Below are positions 1-9,208 of a stretch of DNA of 64,000 nucleotides, piece after piece. Position 1 is the stretch's first letter; the number at the start of each line of letters is the position of its first letter. Position numbers and translations under genes: made by a program. Below the pieces are notes generated by a model, which saw only the letters and a list, made by a program, of their open reading frames with translations, had not been told where the DNA came from and did no database searches. Origin of the DNA: Candidatus Poribacteria bacterium (GTDB lineage Bacteria; Poribacteria; WGA-4E; WGA-3G); assembly GCA_965242965.1 (NCBI GenBank), contig OZ251518.1:704001-768000 (forward strand). The letters run 5' to 3'.

Positions 1-241
1 GGACGAGTGTTTCTTGGAGACAGCAGGCGGCAGCATTGAGGTTACCCTCATCCCTGATGTTGCTGTGAACGTCGATGCCAAAGCACTCGGCGGCGCGGTG
101 AAGACTGCATTTCCGGTCGTCTCGGAGATTACGGGACCTGTTAGGCCTGGGTTATTGCAAGGTGCGATTAATGGCGGCGGACCGCCGTTGAAAATTCGCG
201 GCTTGGGCGGCGGCATCTCGCTGAAACAGGCGGATGAGTAG
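1..241 (+). CDS. C-terminal fragment of a DUF4097/putative adhesin-like beta-strand repeat protein (5' end outside window)
   Basis: Open frame runs to a stop at 241. The ending GAINGGGPPLKIRGLGGGISLKQ resembles DUF4097-family C-termini. Confidence 0.55.
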   Translation, partial: DECFLETAGGSIEVTLIPDVAVNVDAKALGGAVKTAFPVVSEITGPVRPGLLQGAINGGGPPLKIRGLGGGISLKQADE

Positions 242-610
242 TTTGTGATCGCCTGATCACAAACGGGTCAGGATCAGGCGATCCTGACCTACAGGGGTGA
301 GGAGGTCTGCCAGCCAAACGCATGGCGAGGGACAGGCCCTCGCCCTACGGTGCGGGGGTGGCGTTTTCACCGTAGCGCGGGGGCCTGTCCCCCGCGATGG
401 CTCAAGCACCGTTTTTTTTATCGTAGCGCGGGGGCCTGTCCCCCGCGATCGTTGGATTGCGCGAGCTCCGTCGTCACGATGTGTGTTTCCCCACTGTAGT
501 TTGTGATCGCCTGATCACAAACAGGTCAGGATCAGGCGATCCTGACCTACAGGGCCTGGAGATCGAACGATGGCGAGGGACAGGCCCTCGCCCTACGGTG
601 CGGGGGCGGC
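238..610. repeat. Intergenic mosaic of GTAG-anchored REP-like hairpins
   Basis: Contains GTAGTTTGTGATCGCCTGATCACAAAC paired with GGTCAGGATCAGGCGATCCTGACCTAC (twice), GGCGAGGGACAGGCCCTCGCCCTAC and GTAGCGCGGGGGCCTGTCCCCCGCG. Confidence 0.9.
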
Positions 611-650
611 GTTTTTTGGGGGCCTATCCCCAGCCCACCCAAAAATTTTC

Positions 651-678
651 TTGCAAAATTTTTGTGATTTGCTATAAT
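651..678 (+). promoter_or_regulatory. Sigma70-like promoter of the sugar ABC operon
   Basis: TTGCAA-N16-TATAAT with an extended -10 (TGc). Confidence 0.6.
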
Positions 679-756
679 GTTAAAAAATCGTTCGTGATTT
701 GCGACACAAACTTTAACGAGGCACCACGCCTCGCAATGCACACAAAGGAGCATAAC

Positions 757-2076
757 ATGATGAAAAACGTTCATATCAGGCTGGTATTCGTGTTAATCGT
801 TGCGTTGGCATGCGTCAGCGTGCCGGCGAACGCGCAGGAATCCCTGACTATCGTCTGGGCAGAATGGGATCCCGCGAATTATCTCGCCGAACTCTCCAAG
901 GATTTTACCGCCGAAACAGGGATTCCGGTCGATGTCGTCCAGATTCCGTGGGCAAATTTTCAGGACAAGGTATTCACTGCCTTCGTTGGGAAAAGCGACC
1001 TTTACGACATCGTCATCGGCGATAGCCAGTGGTTGGGGAGGAATTCTGTCGGTGGACACTACATTGAACTCACCGAGTGGATTAACGCCAACATCGACGT
1101 TGCGTCTATCTACGGTCCGGCGATGACAGCGTTCGCCGAGTATCCGAAAGCGAGTAAGAAGTATTGGGCATTGCCCGCGGAAGTGGATGCCGCTGGTTAC
1201 GTCTACCGGAAAGACCTTTTTGAAGACCCGGGTGAGATGTCGGCGTTCCAAGCGAAATACGGCTATGCGCTCGCGCCGCCGAAAACGTATGCGCAACTCC
1301 GCGATGTCGCCGAATTTTTCACGCGTCCGGCGGATGATCTCTACGGTATTGCGACGTGGTATAGCAAGGAATACGATGGCATCACGATGGGTTTCCAGCA
1401 GGTGATGTGGAGTTTCGGCGGCACCTACGGCGATGCGGCGAGTTACAAAGTGGCCGGGCATCTCAACACGGAGGATGCTGTCAAGGCACTTGAATTTTAC
1501 ACCGATTTGCTTCAATTCGCCCCGCCGGACGCGCCTAACTACTATTGGCAGGAGACGCTGAATGCCTATGTCTCTGGCAAGGTTGCGATGGCGATGAACT
1601 ATTTCGCTTTCTTCCCCGGTGTTGTCAACGCTGAGACGAACCCATTTTCGCACGACAAGAGCGGGTTCTTCATCGCACCCGCCGGTCCGAAGGGGCACTA
1701 TATCAGCATCGGTGGGCAGGGGATGTCCATTTCCGCGTATTCCAAAAATCAGGATATCGCGAAGCAGTATATGAAGTGGTTCATGCAGAAACCGGTTCAG
1801 GAGAAGTGGGCGGAACTCGGTGGTTTCACACCGCATAAAGAGGTGTTGCAATCGGATGCGTTTAAGAAGGCGACACCGTTTAACATGGCGTTCGCCGCGA
1901 GTTTCCCGTATCTTCGCGATTTCTGGGCGGTGCCGGAATATGCGGAACTGTTAGAGGTATGCCAAACGAATTGGAGTGAGGCTATCTCCAAAATCAAATC
2001 CGCGAAGAAGGCATTGGATGCCATTGCCCGCAAGCACGAGGAAATCTTCGAGGATGCTGGCTATTATGATGAGTGA
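757..2076 (+). CDS. Sugar ABC transporter substrate-binding protein (SBP family 1)
   Basis: RBS AAGGAG at 745-750, then ATG 757. Signal peptide MMKNVHIRLVFVLIVALACVSVPANA; motifs YRKDLF, PKTY, GKVAM. The ORF-track start at 457 only translates repeats. Confidence 0.9.
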   Translation: MMKNVHIRLVFVLIVALACVSVPANAQESLTIVWAEWDPANYLAELSKDFTAETGIPVDVVQIPWANFQDKVFTAFVGKSDLYDIVIGDSQWLGRNSVGGHYIELTEWINANIDVASIYGPAMTAFAEYPKASKKYWALPAEVDAAGYVYRKDLFEDPGEMSAFQAKYGYALAPPKTYAQLRDVAEFFTRPADDLYGIATWYSKEYDGITMGFQQVMWSFGGTYGDAASYKVAGHLNTEDAVKALEFYTDLLQFAPPDAPNYYWQETLNAYVSGKVAMAMNYFAFFPGVVNAETNPFSHDKSGFFIAPAGPKGHYISIGGQGMSISAYSKNQDIAKQYMKWFMQKPVQEKWAELGGFTPHKEVLQSDAFKKATPFNMAFAASFPYLRDFWAVPEYAELLEVCQTNWSEAISKIKSAKKALDAIARKHEEIFEDAGYYDE

Positions 2077-2097
2077 TGCCGCGTGCCGGATTTCATA

Positions 2098-2470
2098 ACC
2101 GTAGGGCGAGGGCCTGTCCCTCGCCATGCAACGATCGCGGGGGACAGGCCCCCGCGCTACGATAAAAAACGCCTCTCGTTACCGTAGGGCGAGGGCCTGT
2201 CCCTCGCCATGCCTCGGGTACGCGGACGCTCGAGGGGGACAGGCCCCCGCGCTACGGTTGGTGAGGCTGCCTCCTTTCACCGTAGGGCTTGGGCCCTCGG
2301 ATGCCATACGCGCATCCGAGCGGGTTTCCCTCGCCATGCTTGGGGTACAAGAACGTTCGCGGGGGACAGGCCCCCGCGCTACGGGTCCAGATGGGGTTCG
2401 CCTCGCCATGCAACGCTCGCGGGGGACAGGCCCCCGCGCTACGGGCCTAGATGGGGTTCTCCTCGCCGTG
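2098..2470. repeat. REP-like hairpin cluster between the SBP and permease genes
   Basis: Alternating GTAGGGCGAGGGCCTGTCCCTCGCC and CGCGGGGGACAGGCCCCCGCGCTAC copies. Confidence 0.9.
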
Positions 2471-2507
2471 CGGCGATGGCCCTAAACCCGCTTTCATCTG
2501 AAAATAT

Positions 2508-3410
2508 ATGCAAACAAACCGTTTCTCGCGTGGAATGAGCGACTACCAAGTCAAGATGGCATTCATCATGCCCACCATGATTTTGCTCATCTTGATGAAC
2601 ATTTTCCCGCTACTGTGGTCCCTCTATTTAAGTTTCCATCGCTATAAAGCCTCAATGCCGACAGCCGCGCGGTTTATCGGGACGCGCAACTACGCGCGCC
2701 TGCTGGCAGACCCCGAGATGTGGGGCTATTTCCAAACCACCGCCTATTTCGTCGTCTTAGCTGTCACGGCGCAATTCCTAATCGGGTTTGGACTTGCGCT
2801 GCTGCTGAATCGCGAGTTCCGGTATAAAGGCTTCATCACGACGCTCCTCCTGCTGCCGATGATGTTATCGCCTGTTGTCGTGGGGCTATTTTGGCGGTTC
2901 ATTCTCTCTTCCGATAACGCGGGCTTACTGAACTTCTTTCTCAGTCCTTTTCTCAAATCGCCTATCGGCTGGACGACAAACCCGAAAGTAGCGATGCTGG
3001 CGGTTGTCATCGTTGATACGTGGATGTGGTCCCCGTTTATGATGCTCATCGCGCTGGCAGGATTAAGCGCGGTGCCGAAATACCTCTATGAAGCCGCCGA
3101 TGTGGACAGAGCCTCCGCATGGTTCAAGTTCCGATGGATAACGTTACCGTTGGTATCGCCGCTCTTACTCATCGCGCTCTTGTTCCGCACGATGGACGCG
3201 TTCAAAATGTTTGACATTGTTTATGTCCTCACGCGCGAAGGCGGCCCGGGCACAGTCACGGAGACTGTCTCGATGAACCTCTATAAACTTGCGTTTCGGA
3301 ACTATAACACCGGCAAGGCGTGCGCGATGGCGTATATCCTGCTGGTTATTATCGTCGCGCTGAGCAACATCTACGTCAAATATCTCAATCGCGTCAAGGG
3401 AGAGGCATAA
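2508..3410 (+). CDS. Sugar ABC transporter permease (MalF/UgpA-like)
   Basis: Six hydrophobic segments; EAA loop YEAADVDRASAWFKFRWITLP; WMWSPF motif. Confidence 0.92.
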   Translation: MQTNRFSRGMSDYQVKMAFIMPTMILLILMNIFPLLWSLYLSFHRYKASMPTAARFIGTRNYARLLADPEMWGYFQTTAYFVVLAVTAQFLIGFGLALLLNREFRYKGFITTLLLLPMMLSPVVVGLFWRFILSSDNAGLLNFFLSPFLKSPIGWTTNPKVAMLAVVIVDTWMWSPFMMLIALAGLSAVPKYLYEAADVDRASAWFKFRWITLPLVSPLLLIALLFRTMDAFKMFDIVYVLTREGGPGTVTETVSMNLYKLAFRNYNTGKACAMAYILLVIIVALSNIYVKYLNRVKGEA

Positions 3411-3417
3411 CGCATTT

Positions 3418-4668
3418 ATGCAGAATCGAAAAAATTTTGGACACTATCTCATCCTCGCGCTCATCGCTGTCACCGTGGTCCTCTATATCATCCCAATTTA
3501 TTGGATTGTGGCGACATCGCTGAAGGCACCGGGGGACATCCATACCAAACTCCCGAAGTTTATTTTCAGCATCTCGTTGGAAAACTATCAGGAATTGATT
3601 GAGGAGGCGGAGAATGTGTGGGGAGTGGCGTTCCTTTTCATCGCGGAGGCGATTGGGGGGCTGCTTCTGTTCGCGTTTTTTTCAATTGCATGGAGGAGTC
3701 AAGACCGGGGGGGAGTATTTAAATGGGCAAAGCACATCGGTTTAGTTTGGAACGGCATCTTCGTTGTGACGTGCCTCTACAGTTTTTTCACCCTACCGCC
3801 GTTGCAGAGTCGCCTCCAGACAGATGTCCGCTTCCATTTTTTGACGTTAATCGTCTGCGCGGTGGTAACCTATCTCCTGATTTTCCCGGCATCGGTTAGC
3901 GTGCTGTGGAAACGGGGGGCGCGTTCATCGCCACCGCAAGATGCGAAAAGACAACGCCTTGCCTTTGTCGGTCCCACTATTTTTGCGACGATTGCAGTTT
4001 GCGTTGCGTTGGCAAACGGTGGTTCTAAGTATTTCTATCAACTGCTCAATAGCATCATCATCGGTGGCGGCAGCACGATTCTCGCCGTTGGGTTAGGCAC
4101 GCTGTCCGCGTATGCCTTCTCGCGGTTCAACATCGCCGGGAAAGACGATTTACTGTTTTTCATTCTCAGCACTCGGATGCTGCCGCCGGTTGTCGTGGTT
4201 ATTCCGATTTATCTGATGTATAGCGCGCTAGGGCTGCGCGATACGCACTTGGGGCTTATCCTCCTCTATACGACGTTCAACGTTTCGTTCGCGGTCTGGT
4301 TGATGAAAGGGTTTATTGACGAGATTCCAAAGGAGTATGAGGATGCCGCGCTCGTCGATGGCTACACGCGCTTCCAAACGTTTTTGAAGGTAGTGCTGCC
4401 GCAATCGGTGACAGGTATGGCGGCGACGGCGGTATTCTGTCTGATTACGGCGTGGAACGAATTCGCCTTCGCATTGGTGCTAACGGAAGTCGGCGGTAGA
4501 GCGGTGACTGCGCCGCCTTCGATTACCAGTGCCACCGGTTCTACGGGGATGGATTGGGGGAAAATTGCGGCAATGACGTTTGTTTTTCTCTTACCGGTTG
4601 CGATTTTTACGTTCCTGATGCGGAGTCATCTGTTGCGTGGTGTGACGTTTGGCGCGGTGAAAAAATGA
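3418..4668 (+). CDS. Sugar ABC transporter permease (MalG-like) with extra inserted TM segments
   Basis: EAA loop EYEDAALVDGYTRFQTF, AWNEF and the C-terminus LLRGVTFGAVKK. At 416 aa it is longer than the usual ~280. Confidence 0.9.
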   Translation: MQNRKNFGHYLILALIAVTVVLYIIPIYWIVATSLKAPGDIHTKLPKFIFSISLENYQELIEEAENVWGVAFLFIAEAIGGLLLFAFFSIAWRSQDRGGVFKWAKHIGLVWNGIFVVTCLYSFFTLPPLQSRLQTDVRFHFLTLIVCAVVTYLLIFPASVSVLWKRGARSSPPQDAKRQRLAFVGPTIFATIAVCVALANGGSKYFYQLLNSIIIGGGSTILAVGLGTLSAYAFSRFNIAGKDDLLFFILSTRMLPPVVVVIPIYLMYSALGLRDTHLGLILLYTTFNVSFAVWLMKGFIDEIPKEYEDAALVDGYTRFQTFLKVVLPQSVTGMAATAVFCLITAWNEFAFALVLTEVGGRAVTAPPSITSATGSTGMDWGKIAAMTFVFLLPVAIFTFLMRSHLLRGVTFGAVKK

Positions 4669-5035
4669 GTGGGTTTCATGTTTCGATGCACACCCGTAGG
4701 AGAGACCTCCCGGTCTCGATTTTTCCGGTAGGAGAGACCTCCTGGTCTCGATTCTCCCCAGTAGGAGAGACTCCGGGTCTTGATGCGCACCGTATCGGGA
4801 CAAGGATGTCCCTCCTACCGTAAGGCATCGGGCGCACCTCTGTAGTTCGGGAGCGCCTGATCCCGAACGGGTCAGGATCAGGCGATCCTAACCTACAAAG
4901 GAAGGCGTTTTTTCCTCGTAGCGCGGGGGCCTGTCCCCGCGACGTTGAGCGATTTATGAAACACCCTCAGTTTATGAAACACCCTCAGTTAAAATGACGT
5001 AAACCGTCGAGACCAGGAGGTCTCTCCTACGGAGA
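4667..5035. repeat. REP mosaic with MITE-like ends
   Basis: GTAGGAGAGACCTCCYGGTCTCGA copies, GGGACAAGGATGTCCCTCCTAC, a degenerate left end GAGTGGGTTTCATG and a tandemly duplicated right end TTTATGAAACACCCTCAG. Confidence 0.8.
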
Positions 5036-5797
5036 AGAGAGCTCCAATGCCTCGCGAACCGCTTGGCGAACCTCGGTGGCGATTTTTACTGCATGCTGTG
5101 CATTGGTGGCGGTTGCGGATTCGCCAGGGGACCGGAAATCCACTGCGTGCGTCGTAAATGCCGCAAAATCCGCATACCATGCGCGCCACGCAGGAAGCGT
5201 CGGCACGATTAAATCCAGCAATTCTTCTAGACTGTGTGTCCGCTGCACCGGAAGGTTCGCTTCTTGCAGCCACGCCTTCAGGAACTTCTCAATACACTGC
5301 TGCGCGTGAAAACAGATGGTATTATAGAAGTTTCGTGTTGCGCTGTGCTGGAGTTCCTTTACCGCGGCGTAATCCTCCTCAGCTCGCTCTATATACTCCA
5401 AAGTCAACGGATTCATCGGGTTTCCTACTTCCTTCTCGCGCTGTTCATCGGGCGTTTCCAATGCTTTTTTGGAAAAACCACCGGCATCATAAAGCACGTC
5501 GCCTTTTTCAAGAATTTCTCGGAGAAACCAATCATTGTGCGCGACACGATAGGCAATCTCTGCCGGCGACCGGACGAGTAAATCCGTGCGAAACCGATGC
5601 GGGATGCATCGCCGGATTTCTACCGCCTTGTCCCGTTGCGCCGATGCGGGAATCGGCATCACAACGAGTAGATCTACATCGGATGCTTCCGTTGGCGGGT
5701 TGCCATACGCATACGAACCAAAGAGAATAATTTGGAGTGGTGCGAATTCGCGCACGATGTCATCACAAGTTGCTTGAATCTCTTTTCGGGAAATCAT
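5027..5797 (-). CDS. MNT (minimal nucleotidyltransferase)-HEPN fusion, toxin-antitoxin-type
   Basis: N-terminal LFGSYAYG...SDVDLLVV (MNT); C-terminal ICFHAQQCIEKFLKA...RTHSLEELL (HEPN); RBS AGGAGG. Confidence 0.88.
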   Translation of the reverse strand: MISRKEIQATCDDIVREFAPLQIILFGSYAYGNPPTEASDVDLLVVMPIPASAQRDKAVEIRRCIPHRFRTDLLVRSPAEIAYRVAHNDWFLREILEKGDVLYDAGGFSKKALETPDEQREKEVGNPMNPLTLEYIERAEEDYAAVKELQHSATRNFYNTICFHAQQCIEKFLKAWLQEANLPVQRTHSLEELLDLIVPTLPAWRAWYADFAAFTTHAVDFRSPGESATATNAQHAVKIATEVRQAVREALELSSP

Positions 5798-5844
5798 GAG
5801 CTGTGCCTCCTTTGGGGACAGGTTGTCCGTGTCCTGGTTGAAAA

Positions 5845-6160
5845 AAACGCCTCTCCTTCACGTAGGGCGAGGGCCTGTCCCTCGCCATGCCCCGGTCTGA
5901 GCAGCAACCATCCGTGGTCTCTGGGCTGCGGGCGTTTTCCGCAGCGGTGGAGAGATCGCGGGGGACAGGCCCCCGCGCTACGGGAAAAAACGCCACCCCT
6001 CACCGTAGGGCGAGGGCCTGTCCCTCGCCATGCAACAATCGCGGGGGACAGGCCCCCGCGCTACGGAGCATCGAGACCAGGAGGTCTCGCCTACGAGGGA
6101 AGAGTCGAGACCAGGAGGTCTCTCCTACCAGGAAGGCATTGATATATGAAACCCTCTCAA
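5845..6160. repeat. REP mosaic ending in a MITE-like right end
   Basis: Hairpin pairs, two GAGACCAGGAGGTCTC copies and ATATGAAACCCTCTC. Confidence 0.8.
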
Positions 6161-6255
6161 GTTATATATAGGATACCATAATACCAAACTGAAATGCAAA
6201 CTTTTTTTACGCCTCACATCAAATTCGCATGAAGATTAAAGAGACTCAAAAAAAC

Positions 6256-6284
6256 TTGACAAATTTAATGCAACATGAGATAAT
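6256..6284 (+). promoter_or_regulatory. Sigma70-like promoter
   Basis: TTGACA-N17-GATAAT with TG extension, 50 nt upstream of ATG 6335. Confidence 0.65.
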
Positions 6285-6334
6285 GTGTATTAATTCTAAA
6301 CACCTTCATTTTTTGACGAAAGGAAATACGCACT

Positions 6335-7507
6335 ATGCCACTTGGTAGAAAAATACGATATGGAATGGTAGGCGGTGGGCCCGATGCCTTCATCGGGGCT
6401 GTTCACCGGAAAGCCGCTGCGCTTGATGGCGAAATCGACTTGGTTGCAGGCGCGTTTTCATCATCACCCGAAAAATCGCGACAACAAGGCGCGGCACTCT
6501 TCCTTGACGAAAACCGCGTCTACGGTTCTTACAAGGAAATGGCGGAAAAAGAGAGCCAGCTCCCCGAAGGCGAACGCATCGACTTTGTCTCAATCGTGAC
6601 ACCGAATCACGTTCATTTTGATGTCGCCAAAACCTTCATCGAAGCAGGGTTTCACGTCGTCTGCGATAAACCGATGACGACGACGGTAGCCGATGCTGAG
6701 GCACTCTGCCGTCTCGTCAAGGCGCACGATGTCATCTTCGCGCTGACGCATAACTACACCGGTTATCCGATGGTGAAGGAGGCGCGCGAGTTGGTGAAGG
6801 CGGGCAAACTCGGCACACTCCGCAAAATCGTCGTGGAGTATCCGCAGGGATGGCTCTCCACGTTTTTGGAAGACGAAGGCGCGAAGCAAGCCGTCTGGCG
6901 CACAGACCCGAGTCAAGCCGGTGCTTCATCTTGTATCGGGGACATCGGTTCGCATGCCGAGAATCTGGCGCACTATATCACCGGGCTTGAGATGGAGGAA
7001 ATCTGCGCCGACATGACGACGTTTGTCGAGGGGCGGCTGTTAGAAGACGATGGAAACCTCCTCGTGCATTATGAAAACGGCGTTCGCGGCGTGCTTTTCG
7101 CCTCGCAAATCTCTGTCGGCGAAGAGAATAACCTGCGCATCCGCGTTTACGGCACCGATGCCTCGCTAGAATGGCAGCAGGAAAACCCGAATTATCTCTA
7201 TGTTCGTGTCCCGGACGGACCGGAGCAGGTTTACAAGCGCGGTAACGACTATCTTTCGGAGATTGTGCAGCACAACAGCCGCATCCCGTTTGGGCATCCG
7301 GAGGCGTTCATTGAAGCGTTCGCGAATATTTATGTCAACGCGACTCGCACGATGGCTGCCAAAATCGCAGGTGAGGCACCGGGCGAATTTGACACCGATT
7401 TCCCCACCGTTCAGGATGGCGCGCGCGGCGTGCATTTCATCAACACCGCCGTGGAGAGCGGCAACCAACGCGGCTGGGTAGACGCGCGGTATACACCGCC
7501 AGCCTAA
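6335..7507 (+). CDS. Gfo/Idh/MocA family NAD(P)-dependent oxidoreductase
   Basis: GMVGGG Rossmann start, VTPNHVH, CDKP and GDIGSH motifs. Confidence 0.92.
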   Translation: MPLGRKIRYGMVGGGPDAFIGAVHRKAAALDGEIDLVAGAFSSSPEKSRQQGAALFLDENRVYGSYKEMAEKESQLPEGERIDFVSIVTPNHVHFDVAKTFIEAGFHVVCDKPMTTTVADAEALCRLVKAHDVIFALTHNYTGYPMVKEARELVKAGKLGTLRKIVVEYPQGWLSTFLEDEGAKQAVWRTDPSQAGASSCIGDIGSHAENLAHYITGLEMEEICADMTTFVEGRLLEDDGNLLVHYENGVRGVLFASQISVGEENNLRIRVYGTDASLEWQQENPNYLYVRVPDGPEQVYKRGNDYLSEIVQHNSRIPFGHPEAFIEAFANIYVNATRTMAAKIAGEAPGEFDTDFPTVQDGARGVHFINTAVESGNQRGWVDARYTPPA

Positions 7508-7805
7508 CCCGTAGCCTAACCCGTAGCGCGAGGGCCCGTCCCTCGCGAACGTTCAAACAACTTAACCTGTAGCGCGAGGGCCTGTCCCTCGCGAACGTTC
7601 AAACAACTTAACCGAGGGGGTTTCATAACTCCGTTTCGGAATTTATCCCGCCTTGGAGGGCGGGCGAATACCGGAAGGCATCGGGCGCACCTCTGTAGTT
7701 CGGGAGCGCCTGCTCCCGAACGGGTCAGGATCAGGCGATCCTGACCTACAGAGCGAGCATTCAAACAACTTAACCCGTAAGGCGAGGGAAACCTGTCCCT
7801 CGCAA
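7508..7805. repeat. REP mosaic with short tandem duplications
   Basis: GTAGCGCGAGGGCCTGTCCCTCGCGAACGTTCAAACAACTTAACC repeated; GTAGTTCGGGAGCGCCTGCTCCCGAAC; left end GAGGGGGTTTCATAAC. Confidence 0.85.
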
Positions 7806-7826
7806 ACATTCAAATAGGAGGATAAC

Positions 7827-8825
7827 ATGGCAAGACCTGTGACACTGTTTACAGGACAATGGGCAGATTTGACACTGGAAGAACTCGCACAGAAGGCGAG
7901 CGGCTGGGGCTACGATGGCTTAGAACTCGCCTGCTGGGGAGATCATTTTGAGGTAGACAAGGCCCTCGCCGATGACGGCTACTGCCAAGGCCGGCACGAT
8001 CTGCTAGCCAAATATGGGCTGAAGGTCTGGGCGATAAGCAATCATCTCGTCGGACAGGCAGTCTGCGATAACATTGATGCCCGGCACCAAGGCATCGTGC
8101 CAGAATACGTGTGGGGCGACGGCGACCCGGGAGGCGTTCAAGAACGCGCAGCCGAAGAGATGAAAAATACGGCGCGCGCCGCCGCGAAACTCGGCGTGAA
8201 CGTCGTCAATGGGTTTACTGGCAGCTCCATTTGGCACCTGCTTTACTCGTTCCCACCGAACGACCCGGGGCAAATTGATGCCGGGTTTGAAGATTTCGCG
8301 AACCGGTGGAATCCGATCTTTGACGTGTTTGACGAAGTCGGTGTCAGGTTCGGACTGGAAGTGCATCCCACCGAGATTGCGTTTGACATCGTCACGGCGG
8401 AGCGCGCCATTGAGGCACTTGATGGCAGGAAAACGTTCGGTTTTAACTATGACCCGAGCCATCTCGGTTATCAGGGTGTTGACTACGTCGCGTTCCTTGA
8501 ACGGCTGAGCGATCGGATTTATCACGTCCACATGAAAGATGTCTGGTGGGCTGACACGCCGCGGTTAGCAGGCGTTTTCGGCGGGCATTTGGATTTCGGC
8601 GATGCGCGGCGGTACTGGGATTTCCGCTCCATCGGGCGCGGCAAAATCCAGTTTGAGGAGATCATCCGAGCCCTCAACAACATGGGATATGACGGCCCTC
8701 TCTCCATTGAGTGGGAGGACAGCGGCATGGACAGGGAGCACGGTGCTCGCGAGTCCTGCAGTGCCGTGAAAGGGTATGATTTTGAGCCCTCCGATGTCGC
8801 CTTTGATGCGGCATTTGAGGATTAA
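7827..8825 (+). CDS. Sugar phosphate isomerase/epimerase family TIM-barrel protein (xylose isomerase-like)
   Basis: [31 protein letters not shown] and SIEWED metal-site motifs; RBS AGGAGG. Confidence 0.9.
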   Translation: MARPVTLFTGQWADLTLEELAQKASGWGYDGLELACWGDHFEVDKALADDGYCQGRHDLLAKYGLKVWAISNHLVGQAVCDNIDARHQGIVPEYVWGDGDPGGVQERAAEEMKNTARAAAKLGVNVVNGFTGSSIWHLLYSFPPNDPGQIDAGFEDFANRWNPIFDVFDEVGVRFGLEVHPTEIAFDIVTAERAIEALDGRKTFGFNYDPSHLGYQGVDYVAFLERLSDRIYHVHMKDVWWADTPRLAGVFGGHLDFGDARRYWDFRSIGRGKIQFEEIIRALNNMGYDGPLSIEWEDSGMDREHGARESCSAVKGYDFEPSDVAFDAAFED

Positions 8826-8827
8826 AT

Positions 8828-9175
8828 GAGAGTGTTTCATAACTCCGTTTCGGTATTTATCCAGCCTTGGAGGGCAGCGAATACCGGCAGGCATCGGGCC
8901 CATCTCTGTAGTTCGGGAGCGCCTGCTCCCGAACGGGTCAGGAGCAGGTGCTCCTGACTTACAGGGCCTGGGCGCGCGGACGATGGCGAGGGACAGGCCC
9001 TCGCCTGCCAATCGGTATTTATCCTGCCTTGGAGGACGGGCGAATACCGGCAGGCATTGGGCCCATCTCTGTAGTTCGGGAGCACCCGCTCCCGAACGGG
9101 TCAGGAGCAGGTGCTCCTGACTTACAGGGCCTGGCGCGCGGACGCAGGCGAGGGACAGGCCCTCGCCTGCCAATT
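8828..9175. repeat. MITE-like left end plus a tandemly duplicated ~175-bp REP unit
   Basis: GAGAGTGTTTCATAAC, then two near-identical CGGTATTTATCC...CCTCGCCTGCCAAT units. Confidence 0.85.
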
Positions 9176-9208
9176 TGATGTGCAAAAAAAGCATTCACAG
9201 GAGAAAAA

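Noticed and set aside
457-756. Extended N-termini in the ORF track (also 14687, 18678, 27159, 27876, 56680, 59700)
   Set aside because: The extensions run through repeats, promoter DNA or a neighbouring gene. Downstream starts fit RBS, promoter or signal-peptide positions better.
793-1851. 352-aa antisense ORF (and similar at 9986-10966)
   Set aside because: Overlaps a well-supported gene on the opposite strand and has no recognisable domain.
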